Positions 28,767 to 39,458 of a DNA stretch of 64,000 nucleotides are shown piece by piece. The DNA is from an uncultured Algibacter sp. (GTDB lineage Bacteria > Bacteroidota > Bacteroidia > Flavobacteriales > Flavobacteriaceae). The translations under genes were made by a program, and so were the position numbers. Each line of letters starts with the position of its first letter. Positions within the stretch are counted from its first letter, which is position 1. Under the pieces are notes generated by a model. That model did no database searches. It saw only the letters and a list, made by a program, of their open reading frames with translations, and was not told the DNA's origin. The stretch lies in contig NZ_CANKXG010000002.1 in the NCBI RefSeq assembly GCF_947487575.1, positions 167,179 through 231,178 on the forward strand, written 5' to 3'.

Positions 28767-30344
28767 ATGAAAAAGTTGAATTTACTATTTATAGGTTTAC
28801 TATCTATGTCTACAATTTACGCGCAAGATATAAGCGATGCACTAAGATATTCGCAAAGTGAAATTCAAGGAACTGCTCGTTTTAGAGCCTTAAGTGGTGC
28901 TTTTGGAGCCTTAGGTGGCGATATGAGTGCGGTTAGCGCAAATCCAGCAGGTTCTGCGGTTTTTAGCAGAAGTCATGCCTCTTTTACAGGGTCAAATGTT
29001 GGTGTTGAAAATAATACTAATTATTTTAATGCTTCAAGCAACTCAAGCACATCTAATTTTGACATAAATCAAGGTGGTGCAGCGTTTGTTTTTGCTAATA
29101 ACGATTCTAATTCGCCTTGGAAAAAATTCACTTTAGCTGTTGCTTACGATAGAACTAATAATTATGATAATAATTGGGGGTTCAGAAATGGTATAAATAC
29201 TAATGATTTTGTGATTGTTGATAATAATGATAACGAGTTATCACCCGTGAATTCAATAGCTAATTATTTCTTTCAATATTCCGAAGACCCAGATATAGCT
29301 GTAGCTATAGGAGATATTTTATTAAATGGAAGACCAGAAAGTCGAGCTTATGAAAATGTTTTAAGCGAATTTGGTTTTGTACATCAACAAGTTTTTCTTG
29401 GTCTTCAATCTGGCATTTTAGGAGAAGACCCTAATAGTGAAGATTTTGAAACAGATGATAATACGCTTTATAGATCTGAGGCACTTGGTGGCAATTTTAC
29501 TCACAATTACAACTACATAGAAACTGGGTATAATGGTAAAATTACTTTTAATTTTGCTACTCAGTACGAAGATAATCTCTACATAGGACTTAATTTAAAT
29601 TCACATTTTATAGATTATCAGCGTTCTGTAGAACTCTCAGAAACAAATTCTAATGGTGGTTTTATAACTGTAATTGATTTTGATAACACCTTATCTACAA
29701 CAGGTAACGGATTTTCTTTTCAATTGGGAGGTATAATGAAATTAAGTCAAGAATTTAGAGTAGGAGTAACTTATGATTCACCTACTTGGTACTCAATAGA
29801 TGACGAAACAACACAATTTTTAGATACTAACGTACTTGTTGAAGAGAATGCATCCGTATTAGGAGCGCAATCTATTAATGTTTTTCCTAGATACACATTA
29901 AAAACACCTTCAAAAATCACAGGTAGTTTGGCCTATGTTTTTGCTAAAAAAGGGCTATTTAGTTTTGATTATTCTAAAAAAGATTATGGTGACACAAAAT
30001 TCACTCCAACATCTGATTTTACTAATTTGAATAATGGCATTAGCGATGTTTTAACTGATGCTTCAACATATCGCTTTGGAGCCGAATATAAACATCAACA
30101 ATTTAGTTTTAGAGGAGGGTACCGTTTCGAGGAAAGCCCTTACATTGATGGCGTAACTGTTGGAGACTTAACAGGGTTCTCATTAGGTATAGGTTATAAT
30201 TTTGGCAATTCCAAACTAGATATTACTTATGATAAATGGGAGCGCACTGATGAAACTCCACTTTATAATGTTGGATTAATAGATACTGCTACTATAAATA
30301 GAGAAAACTCAAACATCACGCTATCACTAAGTTTTAATATTTAG
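28767..30344 (+). CDS. OmpP1/FadL-family outer-membrane beta-barrel
   Basis: GTARFRALSGAFGALGGD..A...NPAG motif, signal peptide, C-terminal aromatic (FNI). Confidence 0.82.
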   Translation: MKKLNLLFIGLLSMSTIYAQDISDALRYSQSEIQGTARFRALSGAFGALGGDMSAVSANPAGSAVFSRSHASFTGSNVGVENNTNYFNASSNSSTSNFDINQGGAAFVFANNDSNSPWKKFTLAVAYDRTNNYDNNWGFRNGINTNDFVIVDNNDNELSPVNSIANYFFQYSEDPDIAVAIGDILLNGRPESRAYENVLSEFGFVHQQVFLGLQSGILGEDPNSEDFETDDNTLYRSEALGGNFTHNYNYIETGYNGKITFNFATQYEDNLYIGLNLNSHFIDYQRSVELSETNSNGGFITVIDFDNTLSTTGNGFSFQLGGIMKLSQEFRVGVTYDSPTWYSIDDETTQFLDTNVLVEENASVLGAQSINVFPRYTLKTPSKITGSLAYVFAKKGLFSFDYSKKDYGDTKFTPTSDFTNLNNGISDVLTDASTYRFGAEYKHQQFSFRGGYRFEESPYIDGVTVGDLTGFSLGIGYNFGNSKLDITYDKWERTDETPLYNVGLIDTATINRENSNITLSLSFNI

Positions 30345-30366
30345 TATAGTTCATAAATAATAAATT

Positions 30367-30400
30367 AAAAGCTTGAACTTAATAATGTTCAAGCTTTTTT
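30367..30400 (+). terminator. Intrinsic terminator
   Basis: AAAAGCTTGAAC...GTTCAAGCTTTTTT. Confidence 0.75.
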
Positions 30401-30584
30401 TACTTATAATTTTTAAGAGACTTACGAGACTAACCGGTTTCCCGCTTTCGCGAGAATAACAAATTCAATTGAAACCTCGATTTAATAAATCGAGGAGTTC
30501 TTAAATAATTAATTATTTGCAAACATAAAGTGTAACAAAAAGTGAAATGCTTATCTTTGCAAATTAAATTTTGACACACATATC

Positions 30585-31262
30585 ATGGCTTTTGATAGCA
30601 ATATAGAAGATTTTGACGCATTAGAAAATGACCACATTGGCACTTCTGAAGACACACCAATGCGAAATGATGCCTTTAAATTAACAAACGACGAAAAAAT
30701 AGATATTATCAAGGATGATGTACGTCATATTATGGAGACTCTTGGTTTAGATTTAACAGACGATAGCTTAAACGGCACACCAAACCGTGTTGCAAAAATG
30801 TTTGTTAATGAAATTTTTGGAGGTTTAAATCCAGATAAAAAACCAAAAGCTTCAACTTTTGATAATAAATACAAGTACGGAGAAATGCTTGTTGAAAAAA
30901 ACATTACGGTATACTCAACTTGTGAGCATCACCTCTTACCTATTGTTGGACGCGCACACATTGCATATATTTCTAATGGAACTGTTGTAGGTCTATCTAA
31001 AATGAACCGTGTTGTTGATTATTTTGCAAAACGCCCACAAGTACAAGAGCGTTTAACCATTCAAGTTGTTAGAGAGCTTCAAGAAGTTTTAGGCACTAAA
31101 GATGTAGCTTGCGTTATTGATGCAAAACACCTTTGTGTAAATTCAAGAGGTATTAGAGACATTGAAAGTAGCACGGTTACTTCAGAATTTGGAGGTCAAT
31201 TTAAAGATATCGCTACACGAAGAGAATTTCTAGACTACATCAAATTAGACACGAAGTTTTAA
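30585..31262 (+). CDS. folE: GTP cyclohydrolase I
   Basis: [35 protein letters not shown]; TATCTTTG at 30552-30559. Confidence 0.96.
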   Translation: MAFDSNIEDFDALENDHIGTSEDTPMRNDAFKLTNDEKIDIIKDDVRHIMETLGLDLTDDSLNGTPNRVAKMFVNEIFGGLNPDKKPKASTFDNKYKYGEMLVEKNITVYSTCEHHLLPIVGRAHIAYISNGTVVGLSKMNRVVDYFAKRPQVQERLTIQVVRELQEVLGTKDVACVIDAKHLCVNSRGIRDIESSTVTSEFGGQFKDIATRREFLDYIKLDTKF

Positions 31263-31297
31263 TAAAACTCAAATTAATAACTCATCAACAAACCAAA

Positions 31298-32779
31298 ATG
31301 CAGTTATACCAATCAAACCAAATAAAAGTATACAATTCACTTACTGGTCAAAAAGAAATATTTAAACCTATAAACGAAGGTCATATAGGCATGTATGTTT
31401 GTGGTCCTACAGTTTATAGCAATGTGCATTTAGGCAATGTAAGAACCTTTATGTCTTTTGATATGGTATTTCGTTATTTGAAGCATTTAGGATATAAAGT
31501 TAGATACGTTAGAAATATAACTGATGCTGGTCATTTAGAAAATGATGCAGATATTGGCGAGGATAAAATCACAAAAAAAGCACGTTTAGAACAGATTGAA
31601 CCTATGGAAGTGGTTCAACGCTACACTGTTGATTTTCATAATGTTTTAAGAACCTTTAATTTTTTACCACCAAGTATAGAACCTACAGCAACTGGTCATA
31701 TTATTGAGCAAATTGAATTGATAAGTAAAATTATTGAAAATGGATTTGCCTATGAAGTTAATGGTTCTGTATATTTTGATGTTCATAAATTTGATGAAAC
31801 GAATGAATATGGTAAATTAAGTAAACGTAAGCTTGAAGATTTAATTCACAACACACGTACTCTAGACGGACAAAGTGATAAAAAGAATCCGCAAGATTTT
31901 GCCCTTTGGAAAAAAGCTGAACCCCAGCATATTATGCGTTGGCCTTCCCCTTGGAGTGATGGTTTCCCAGGTTGGCATTTAGAATGTACAGCGATGAGCA
32001 CCAAATATTTAGGTAAACAATTTGACATCCACGGTGGTGGAATGGATTTAAAGTTTCCGCACCACGAATGTGAAATCGCCCAGAACGAAGCAGCTATAGG
32101 CGTTAGTCCAGTCAATTATTGGATGCATGCCAATATGCTTGAATTGAACGGACAACGTATGTCAAAATCAACGGGAAATACGGTAAACCCAGATGAGTTA
32201 TTATCTGGAAACAATAGCTTTTTTAGTAAAGCCTACTCCCCTAGCGTTATCAGGTTCTTTAATGCACAATCGTCATATAGAAGTGTTTTAGATTTAACTG
32301 ATGATGGCTTATTAGCCAGTGAAAAGGGGTTTTACAGATTAATGGATGCTGTAAATTTACTAGATGATTTAAAAGCTTCCTCAGCATCTTCAATTGACGT
32401 TTCTGCATGGAAACAGAAATGCTATGATGCTATGAATGACGATTTTAATTCGCCTATTTTAATTGCGCATTTATTTGAAGCTGCAAAATATATTAATCAA
32501 GTTAAAGAGGACTCTGCAACTTTATCTTCTGAAGATTTAGATTTATTAAAAGAAACGATTAACAGTTTTGTTTATGACGTTTTAGGTCTCGAAAATAATG
32601 CGAAAACAGATTCTGGAACGGATAAACTTTCTGGAGCTGTAGATGTTTTAATTCGTTTAAGACAAGACGCTAGAGCTAATAAAGATTTTGCAATGTCTGA
32701 TAAAATTCGTGATGAACTTGCTGAAGTTGGTATTCAACTTAAAGATGGTAAAGACGGGACTACGTTTTCTGTGAATTAG
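31298..32779 (+). CDS. cysS: Cysteine--tRNA ligase
   Basis: [34 protein letters not shown]. Confidence 0.97.
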   Translation: MQLYQSNQIKVYNSLTGQKEIFKPINEGHIGMYVCGPTVYSNVHLGNVRTFMSFDMVFRYLKHLGYKVRYVRNITDAGHLENDADIGEDKITKKARLEQIEPMEVVQRYTVDFHNVLRTFNFLPPSIEPTATGHIIEQIELISKIIENGFAYEVNGSVYFDVHKFDETNEYGKLSKRKLEDLIHNTRTLDGQSDKKNPQDFALWKKAEPQHIMRWPSPWSDGFPGWHLECTAMSTKYLGKQFDIHGGGMDLKFPHHECEIAQNEAAIGVSPVNYWMHANMLELNGQRMSKSTGNTVNPDELLSGNNSFFSKAYSPSVIRFFNAQSSYRSVLDLTDDGLLASEKGFYRLMDAVNLLDDLKASSASSIDVSAWKQKCYDAMNDDFNSPILIAHLFEAAKYINQVKEDSATLSSEDLDLLKETINSFVYDVLGLENNAKTDSGTDKLSGAVDVLIRLRQDARANKDFAMSDKIRDELAEVGIQLKDGKDGTTFSVN

Positions 32780-32822
32780 TTTGGTTATTCTTCTTGTGAA
32801 AGTCATTTATTATTAAGTGTTT

Positions 32823-32900
32823 TGTCATTCCGCACTTGATGCGGAATCCATTATAAACTAGAATTATATTAATAAGATTCCTGCTTTCGCAGGAATGACA
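32823..32900. repeat. Inverted REP doublet (TGTCATTCC class)
   Basis: TGTCATTCCGCACTTGATGCGGAATCC (32823-32849) and GATTCCTGCTTTCGCAGGAATGACA (32876-32900); relatives at 79-101, 30436-30461, 43832-43856, 47457-47482. Confidence 0.75.
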
Positions 32901-32906
32901 AGCCTT

Positions 32907-33146
32907 ATGTTAAAAAAACTACTCATAGCACCATTTTTATTTTTGATTAAAGTGTATCAAACCTTGATATCACCTTTAACACCAGCTACTTGTAGATACA
33001 ATCCAACTTGTTCTCATTACTCCAAAGAAGCTTTAAAAAAACATGGTTTATTTAAAGGTGGTTGGTTGGCTGTGAAACGTATTTTTAGTTGCCACCCTTG
33101 GGGAGGTTCAGGTTACGACCCAGTACCAGATAAGGATGACAACTAA
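32907..33146 (+). CDS. yidD: Membrane protein insertion efficiency factor
   Basis: [27 protein letters not shown]; true start likely 32907 because the ATG at 32895 lies inside a REP. Confidence 0.9.
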   Translation: MLKKLLIAPFLFLIKVYQTLISPLTPATCRYNPTCSHYSKEALKKHGLFKGGWLAVKRIFSCHPWGGSGYDPVPDKDDN

Positions 33147-33338
33147 AAAATGCCATCGCGCAAGCTCGTATGTTCGTTAAAAATGTACACCTTACATTTT
33201 ATTAATACCCTATTGTCTTAAAAGGTTCCGATTACTACCCAACAACTTTAAAACTTATTAATAAATTCTATTTTAATTTATGAAAGAAATTTATTATTAA
33301 ATTCGTAAGTTTACTTTCTAACCCAATCATTTTTAAAA

Positions 33339-34670
33339 ATGAAACCTACTTTTAAATCCCCCCTTCTTCTTGTATTATTTTTTATTTCTTGCTCAAATGA
33401 AGACCATACTACAGAACCTGAAAATAAGGAAGCAACTGAAGAATTTGTGATTTTTTCCAACGAAGATTATCCTGAGATTCCAAAAGAAGAAATCTTAATA
33501 TCAAATCAAAGGTTTTTAGGTGGTACAAATGCTAGTGATTCTAATGACGGATCGCAAAATGCACCATGGGCAAGTTTTAATAAAGCACTACAAGAACTAT
33601 GTGCATCTAAAACTTGGTACTGTTTAAATATAGCATCAGATATAGCGGTTAACGATTTTATTGACACTAAATTCTATGGTGGTGGTCCTGGAACTCCTTC
33701 ACAATATGTTTATATACGAAGTTTACCTTCACTATCCATACCAGTCACCATAACTTTAAACGCAAGAGTAGAAATAGATGGACAACAAAACTGGTTATGG
33801 TATGGTTTTAACATGAAAGGTTCTGAAGGCATTAATTTAGGTCAAGATTTAAGAACAAATCACCACACTATTAGGAATATTAGTGGTGTAATGACTGGAG
33901 AGGGTGGAGATAACCACGGCTTTTTTCAAGCTCTTAACAGTAATGCAGACTATTTTGGTGTATTTAATTGTTATTTCAAGGGACCTGGAATAGATGGTGT
34001 TCATGGAAACACATCTAATATCATTGCTTTTGGAATTTCGCATATGCGGATAGAAAATAATATTTTTACAAACGCTCCTAGCCCCTTCTACTTCAAACAT
34101 TCGAATAAAGCAGAACGAGGAGCTGCAGATATACATTTTAAAAATAATTTTCAGCAAGAAACGTCAATAGGTGAATCGTGTTTTTTTGCAGGAAGAGCAC
34201 AAGGAGGCATTTTTGAAATTTCAAATAATATTTTCGCAAGCAATGTTAAGATATCTAACGGTGGGGGTTCTGAACAACCAGAAGGGCATTTTATCTCTCA
34301 TAATACGTTTTTATCAAACTTAATCTTAGATAAAGGCAATGACCCTGTAATTAATGCTACTTTAGAGAATAACATCATTATTGGAGATTTAGAATTACTT
34401 AGATATAGTAACCATATAAATACCAATATTTCTGACTATGAATTAATAGGAGGACGTATTTATTATCAGTCTAATAATTACACACTATCTCAATGGCAAG
34501 AAAATGCTGTTCCAAGTGGTCAAGATAAAAATTCAGTTACTGGTTTGCCTGTATTTAATGGAAGTATTAACCCAATAGATTTTAAGCTAGCAAGTAATTC
34601 TCTTGGTAAAAATTTAGCAAGTGAAGGTGGAGATATAGGTGCTAATGTAGATTATGTTGGCACTAAATAA
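33339..34670 (+). CDS. Lipoprotein with right-handed parallel beta-helix (pectin-lyase-like fold)
   Basis: Lipobox FIS-C; SDSNDGSQNAPWAS motif; repeated I.NN.F strands; C-terminal GGDIGA. Confidence 0.6.
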   Translation: MKPTFKSPLLLVLFFISCSNEDHTTEPENKEATEEFVIFSNEDYPEIPKEEILISNQRFLGGTNASDSNDGSQNAPWASFNKALQELCASKTWYCLNIASDIAVNDFIDTKFYGGGPGTPSQYVYIRSLPSLSIPVTITLNARVEIDGQQNWLWYGFNMKGSEGINLGQDLRTNHHTIRNISGVMTGEGGDNHGFFQALNSNADYFGVFNCYFKGPGIDGVHGNTSNIIAFGISHMRIENNIFTNAPSPFYFKHSNKAERGAADIHFKNNFQQETSIGESCFFAGRAQGGIFEISNNIFASNVKISNGGGSEQPEGHFISHNTFLSNLILDKGNDPVINATLENNIIIGDLELLRYSNHINTNISDYELIGGRIYYQSNNYTLSQWQENAVPSGQDKNSVTGLPVFNGSINPIDFKLASNSLGKNLASEGGDIGANVDYVGTK

Positions 34671-36134
34671 CTAAGATTTTACAGGAATCTCCTTCAAAAT
34701 CTCCAAAACAAATTTCCAATATTTTTGAACCGATGAAATTTGAGCACGTTCATCGGGAGAGTGCGCCCCTTTAATATTTGGCCCAAAACTTATCATGTCC
34801 ATTTCTGGATAATTTTGCCCAAGAATACCACATTCTAACCCTGCATGACAAGCTGCTACATGCGGTTTTTCTCCGTTAAGTTTTTCGTAAAGTTTAGTCA
34901 TTACTTTTAAAATGGCTGAATCCATATTTGGAGTCCACCCCGGATAATCACCTGAGAATTCTACTTCACATCCAGTTAGTTCAAAAGTTGCACGTAACAT
35001 ATTTGCTAAATCCATTTTAGAACTTTCTACAGATGAGCGTGTTAAACATGCTATTTTAACGTTACCGTCTTTAACAATAACTCTAGCAATGTTGTTTGAA
35101 GTTTCCACAAGTTCTGGAATATCAGCACTCATTCTATACACACCATTCAATGCACTGTACAAAGCTCTTGTTAATCCTTCTTGAACACCTAAGTCCATAA
35201 TTTTATTAGGTGTATCGATTTTAGAAATATTGATTTCTAAATCGGGTTCCATGGTTCTTAACTCCTTTCTGATGGTTGTAGACATTAAAGCCATTTCTAA
35301 TAAAAAGGCATCTTCATGAATGGCATCAATAGCTACAATAGCATTACTTTCTCTAGGGATAGCGTTTCTTAAGCTTCCTCCATCAATTTCTGAAATTCGT
35401 AATCCGAAATTTTCAAAACCATCAAATAAAACACGGTTCATTATTTTATTGGCGTTTCCTAAACCTTCGTGAATTTGCATTCCTGAGTGTCCGCCTTGTA
35501 AGCCTTTCACTGAAATTTTATAACCTATTTTAAACTCAGGTGTCTCCTCTTCTTCATAACTTCTTGTTGCGGTAACATCTGTACCTCCTGCACAGCCTAC
35601 TCCTATTTCGTCATCTTCTTCGGTATCAAGGTTTAATAAAACACCTCCAGAAAGCAAGCCGCCTTTTAATCCCATAGCCCCGGTCATACCTGTTTCTTCA
35701 TCAATGGTAAATAGAGCTTCAATTGCTGGGTGCTTAATATCAGTACTTTCTAAAATTGCCATGATTGTTGCAACGCCTAAACCGTTATCTGCTCCCAAAG
35801 TTGTACCTTTTGCTTTTACCCAATCGCCTTCAATAAACATTTCTATACCTTGAGTGTCAAAATCGAAAACAGTATCATTGTTTTTTTGATGTACCATATC
35901 TAAATGGGACTGCATAACCACAGTTGTTCTGTTTTCCATTCCTGAAGTCGCTGGTTTTTTGATGATAACGTTTCCAACTTCATCTTCTATGGTTTCTAAA
36001 CCTAAGCTTTTACCAAAATCTTTCATGAAAGCAATAACACGTTCTTCTTTTTTTGATGGTCGTGGTACAGCATTTAAATCTGCAAATTTATTCCACAATG
36101 CTTTGGGTTCTAGTTGTCTTATTTCTGAGTTCAT
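34671..36134 (-). CDS. pepD: Aminoacyl-histidine dipeptidase (M20C)
   Basis: VPRPSKKE, QSHLDMV, TTLGADNG, DEETG, HAGLECG, HSPDE; start 36134 supported by TACCTTTG box at 36155-36162. Confidence 0.93.
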   Translation of the reverse strand: MNSEIRQLEPKALWNKFADLNAVPRPSKKEERVIAFMKDFGKSLGLETIEDEVGNVIIKKPATSGMENRTTVVMQSHLDMVHQKNNDTVFDFDTQGIEMFIEGDWVKAKGTTLGADNGLGVATIMAILESTDIKHPAIEALFTIDEETGMTGAMGLKGGLLSGGVLLNLDTEEDDEIGVGCAGGTDVTATRSYEEEETPEFKIGYKISVKGLQGGHSGMQIHEGLGNANKIMNRVLFDGFENFGLRISEIDGGSLRNAIPRESNAIVAIDAIHEDAFLLEMALMSTTIRKELRTMEPDLEINISKIDTPNKIMDLGVQEGLTRALYSALNGVYRMSADIPELVETSNNIARVIVKDGNVKIACLTRSSVESSKMDLANMLRATFELTGCEVEFSGDYPGWTPNMDSAILKVMTKLYEKLNGEKPHVAACHAGLECGILGQNYPEMDMISFGPNIKGAHSPDERAQISSVQKYWKFVLEILKEIPVKS

Positions 36135-36199
36135 AGTTTTGTGATAATTGTACACAAAGGTACATATTACTATTAGGATTTATAAATAGTTTCCTATTT

Positions 36200-37273
36200 T
36201 TGAGCATGCTGAAAGAGAAAAAAACAATTATTGCACTGTTGCTGATTCCTCAAATTTTATTAGTAAAGCTACTCGCCAATTTCCCAGAGTTTATAGAGCA
36301 ATATTATAGCAATGGATTATACCCAATAATTTCAAGAGTTTTTAGATTTACGTTGGGTTGGTTGCCATTTTCATTTGGAGATTTAATTTATACCATTGTG
36401 TCTCTTTATGTGATAAGATGGTTTTTTAAAAATAGAAAGCGTTTACGAAAAGACACAAAACGTTGGTTGGTCGATATAATTGCTGCATGCTCGATATTTT
36501 ATGGTGTTTTTCATTTGTTTTGGGGATTGAATTATTATCGTTTACCATTACATAAAAGCTTGAATTTAGAACATGATTATACTACAGAACAATTAGTAAG
36601 TGTAACCAAATCTTTGATTAAAAAATCGAATGCTTTGCACTTCGAAATCACTAAAAACGATACAATTAAAGTTGATGTTCCTTTGAGTAAAAGTGAAATT
36701 TTTAAAATGGTTCCATCTGGATATAATAATTTAAAAAGTATTTTTCCACATTTAGAATATTACCCAAAAAGTTTAAAGAAATCGATATACAGTTACCCTT
36801 TAACGTATATGGGATTTAGTGGGTATTTGAATCCATTTACCAATGAGGCACAGGTAGATGGGTTGATTCCAACCTATAAATTCCCAACAACTTCAACACA
36901 TGAAGTAGCTCATCAATTAGGATATGCTGCAGAAAACGAAGCTAATTTTATTGGTTTTATGGCTGCTACTAGCCACGAGAATATCTATTTTAAATATACA
37001 GGCTATACGTTTGCTTTACGCTTTTGTTTAAATGAAATTTACAGACGTGATGAAGCGTTATACGAAGCAGTTGTTGAAAACGTTAACACAGGTATTTTAA
37101 AAAACTACAAAGAGGTTCGGGATTTTTGGAGTACACATGAAAATCCCGCTGAACCACTTTTCAAACTATTTTATGGTAATTTTTTAAAGGCTAATAGCCA
37201 AAGTAAGGGCATGCAAAGTTACAATTATGTTGTTGCCCTATTGGTAAACTATGCCGAGAAACACCCTTTGTAA
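36200..37273 (+). CDS. DUF3810 family membrane protein (putative zincin)
   Basis: YSNGLYP, WGLNY.R, GYLNPFTNEA, HEVAHQLG..EN EANF. Confidence 0.85.
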   Translation: MSMLKEKKTIIALLLIPQILLVKLLANFPEFIEQYYSNGLYPIISRVFRFTLGWLPFSFGDLIYTIVSLYVIRWFFKNRKRLRKDTKRWLVDIIAACSIFYGVFHLFWGLNYYRLPLHKSLNLEHDYTTEQLVSVTKSLIKKSNALHFEITKNDTIKVDVPLSKSEIFKMVPSGYNNLKSIFPHLEYYPKSLKKSIYSYPLTYMGFSGYLNPFTNEAQVDGLIPTYKFPTTSTHEVAHQLGYAAENEANFIGFMAATSHENIYFKYTGYTFALRFCLNEIYRRDEALYEAVVENVNTGILKNYKEVRDFWSTHENPAEPLFKLFYGNFLKANSQSKGMQSYNYVVALLVNYAEKHPL

Positions 37274-38062
37274 TTACTCCATAAGTTGTGCACCAGCTGG
37301 CACATCAAAAATACTTGAGTCTGGTTTTTCTGTTGAAATTTTAATGTCTGTAAATTCTAAATCGTTTCGTTTAGATGCTGGTAAATTATTCTCTACTTTA
37401 AACCAAGTTAGCGTTTTTGGTAATATTAAACCTTCTACGGTTTGCCAATCACTATATTTTATAAAATGCCATTCTTTACTTTTTTCTTTTGAAAAATAGG
37501 TTACTGTATAACCTAACCATGCCATTTTGTTGGTTTCAGAATCGTAATATAAAATGTATTCATCTTCTGGGGATTCACCTACGCCACTTTCATAAGAAAT
37601 CTTAATTCCTAGATATGATTTCCCTTCAAATTCTAATGCTGCTACATCTTCATATATTATTCCATCATCTGCTAAAATAAATGGCATTGCATAGAAATAG
37701 AACATCAAATTATAATAGAATTTTGCATTGCCTTTATACGTTGCTGTATCTTTATTTTTTAGCCAAACGGTTTCACCATCAAAACCAATAGTGTGATTTG
37801 GCATCTCAATCAGAGATTTTCTATTTTTTAAGTTGGTGGTTGTAATCTCATCGCCATTTGGTTTTTTCATGGTGAACTTTAGAGATTTCATGGTATTCCA
37901 TTTATCTAAACTCCCGTGAGCATCAAATACTTTTGTAATGTTTTCTGGGTAGACACTAGTTGTTACATCAAGTGTTTCTTCTGAATAATCAACTTTTGGT
38001 GCTGTTTTATTTTTACAAGCTAATATTGAGATTGCTAGAACTATGAGGAGTGATTTTTTCAT
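37274..38062 (-). CDS. Conserved lipoprotein (DUF6503-like)
   Basis: Lipobox ILA-C; AHG.L..W, FYAMPF.LAD.G, GESPED.YILY. Confidence 0.65.
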   Translation of the reverse strand: MKKSLLIVLAISILACKNKTAPKVDYSEETLDVTTSVYPENITKVFDAHGSLDKWNTMKSLKFTMKKPNGDEITTTNLKNRKSLIEMPNHTIGFDGETVWLKNKDTATYKGNAKFYYNLMFYFYAMPFILADDGIIYEDVAALEFEGKSYLGIKISYESGVGESPEDEYILYYDSETNKMAWLGYTVTYFSKEKSKEWHFIKYSDWQTVEGLILPKTLTWFKVENNLPASKRNDLEFTDIKISTEKPDSSIFDVPAGAQLME

Positions 38063-38137
38063 TTTTGCTCTTATGATTAGGTTTTCTTCTTTGACGAAGT
38101 TAGTAGAATATAATTACATAAAAACAATTACTTTTGT

Positions 38138-38965
38138 TTGATTGATATGAAAGAAATAACAAGTCCGCAGAATACATACATCAAACAACTTGTTCAATTA
38201 AAAGACAAGTCGAGAGAACGTAAAAAAACAGGTACTTTTTTAATTGAAGGTGTTCGAGAAGTTTCGTTAGCTTTAGAAGGCGGTTATGAATTAGAGACCG
38301 TTTTATTTTATTCTGATTTATTCTCAGAAGAACAATTAAACGATTTAACTTCAAATGTTAGGTTGAGCGCAGTCGAAACCCAATTAAACTGTATTGAAGT
38401 TTCAAAAGAAGTTTATCAAAAATTAGCTTACCGCGATACTACTGAAGGTGTTTTAGCAGTTGGAAAATCAAAGACAAATAGTTTAAGTGATTTGAGTTTT
38501 GAAACGAAAAACCCATTAATTCTAATCGCTGAAGCTCCAGAAAAACCTGGAAATATTGGTGCTATTTTAAGAACCGCTGATGCTGCCAATGTAGATGCGG
38601 TAATTATTGCTAACCCTAAAACCGATTTATACAATCCGAATATTATTCGCTCTAGTGTAGGCTGCGTGTTTACCAATCGAATTGCTACTGGAAATACTTC
38701 TGAAATTATTGATTTTTTGAAATCAAAAAACATTGCTGTTTATTGTGCAGCGTTACAAGCTTCTGTTGATTATCATACTCAAGATTTTAAAAAACCAACT
38801 GCTATTGTTGTTGGTACTGAAGCTACTGGTTTGAGCGATGCATGGTTAGAAAACTCGACTCAAAATATTATAATTCCCATGCAAGGTGAAATAGATTCTA
38901 TGAATGTTTCGGTTGCTGCAGGAATTCTTATTTTTGAGGCTAAGAGGCAGAGAGGATTTAAATAG
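38138..38965 (+). CDS. TrmH/SpoU family RNA methyltransferase
   Basis: EKPGNIGAILRTA, VGTEATGL, IPMQG..DSMNVSVAAGI..FE. Confidence 0.92.
   Translation: MIDMKEITSPQNTYIKQLVQLKDKSRERKKTGTFLIEGVREVSLALEGGYELETVLFYSDLFSEEQLNDLTSNVRLSAVETQLNCIEVSKEVYQKLAYRDTTEGVLAVGKSKTNSLSDLSFETKNPLILIAEAPEKPGNIGAILRTADAANVDAVIIANPKTDLYNPNIIRSSVGCVFTNRIATGNTSEIIDFLKSKNIAVYCAALQASVDYHTQDFKKPTAIVVGTEATGLSDAWLENSTQNIIIPMQGEIDSMNVSVAAGILIFEAKRQRGFK
38356..38380 (+). repeat. REP copy embedded in the methyltransferase coding sequence
   Basis: TGTTAGGTTGAGCGCAGTCGAAACC, 24/25 identical to the reverse complement of 57074-57098. Confidence 0.75.
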
Positions 38966-38974
38966 ACTATAAAC

Positions 38975-39289
38975 ATGTATTTCTATTATGTCTATATCTT
39001 AAAATGTTCTGATAATTCTTATTACACGGGAATAACCAATGACTTAGATAAACGAATTAAAGAACATACCTACGGAAAATATAGAGATTGTTACACTTAT
39101 AAGCGAAGACCAATAGAAGTTAAGTTTTACGAAACTTTTAATGATGTATTGCAAGCCATATATTTTGAAAAGAAAATAAAAAGATGGACACGTGCAAAGA
39201 AAAAAGCCTTAATTGATGGGGATTTTGATATGCTTCAAATATTGGCTGAGTGCAGAAATGCAACTCATTATAAATATAGAGGTAAATAA
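38975..39289 (+). CDS. Small GIY-YIG nuclease (UPF0213/YhbQ-like)
   Basis: YVYILKC...YYTGITNDL..R..EH, A...EKKIKRW.R.KK.ALI. Confidence 0.9.
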   Translation: MYFYYVYILKCSDNSYYTGITNDLDKRIKEHTYGKYRDCYTYKRRPIEVKFYETFNDVLQAIYFEKKIKRWTRAKKKALIDGDFDMLQILAECRNATHYKYRGK

Positions 39290-39352
39290 GCACATCGAAT
39301 TAGCTTGACATAATCTAAATTTAAAAACTACCATATTCAAAAGCTTTAACTG

Positions 39353-39425
39353 TGTCATGTTGAGCGCAGTCGAAACACATTAAAAAACGGAATTATCATG
39401 CACTTCGACTACGCTCAGTGTGACA
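39353..39425. repeat. Inverted REP doublet (TGAGCGCAGTCGAA class)
   Basis: TGTCATGTTGAGCGCAGTCGAAAC (39353-39376) and CTTCGACTACGCTCAGTGTGACA (39403-39425). Confidence 0.75.
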
Positions 39426-39458
39426 GAATAGTTTAATTTAGCCTCTCAAATATATAAC

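Noticed and set aside
32895-32906. ORF-track starts at 32895 (yidD) and 47472 (TrmH family)
   Set aside because: Both ATGs come from the GGAATGAC end of REP elements; downstream Met codons (32907, 47421) fit better.
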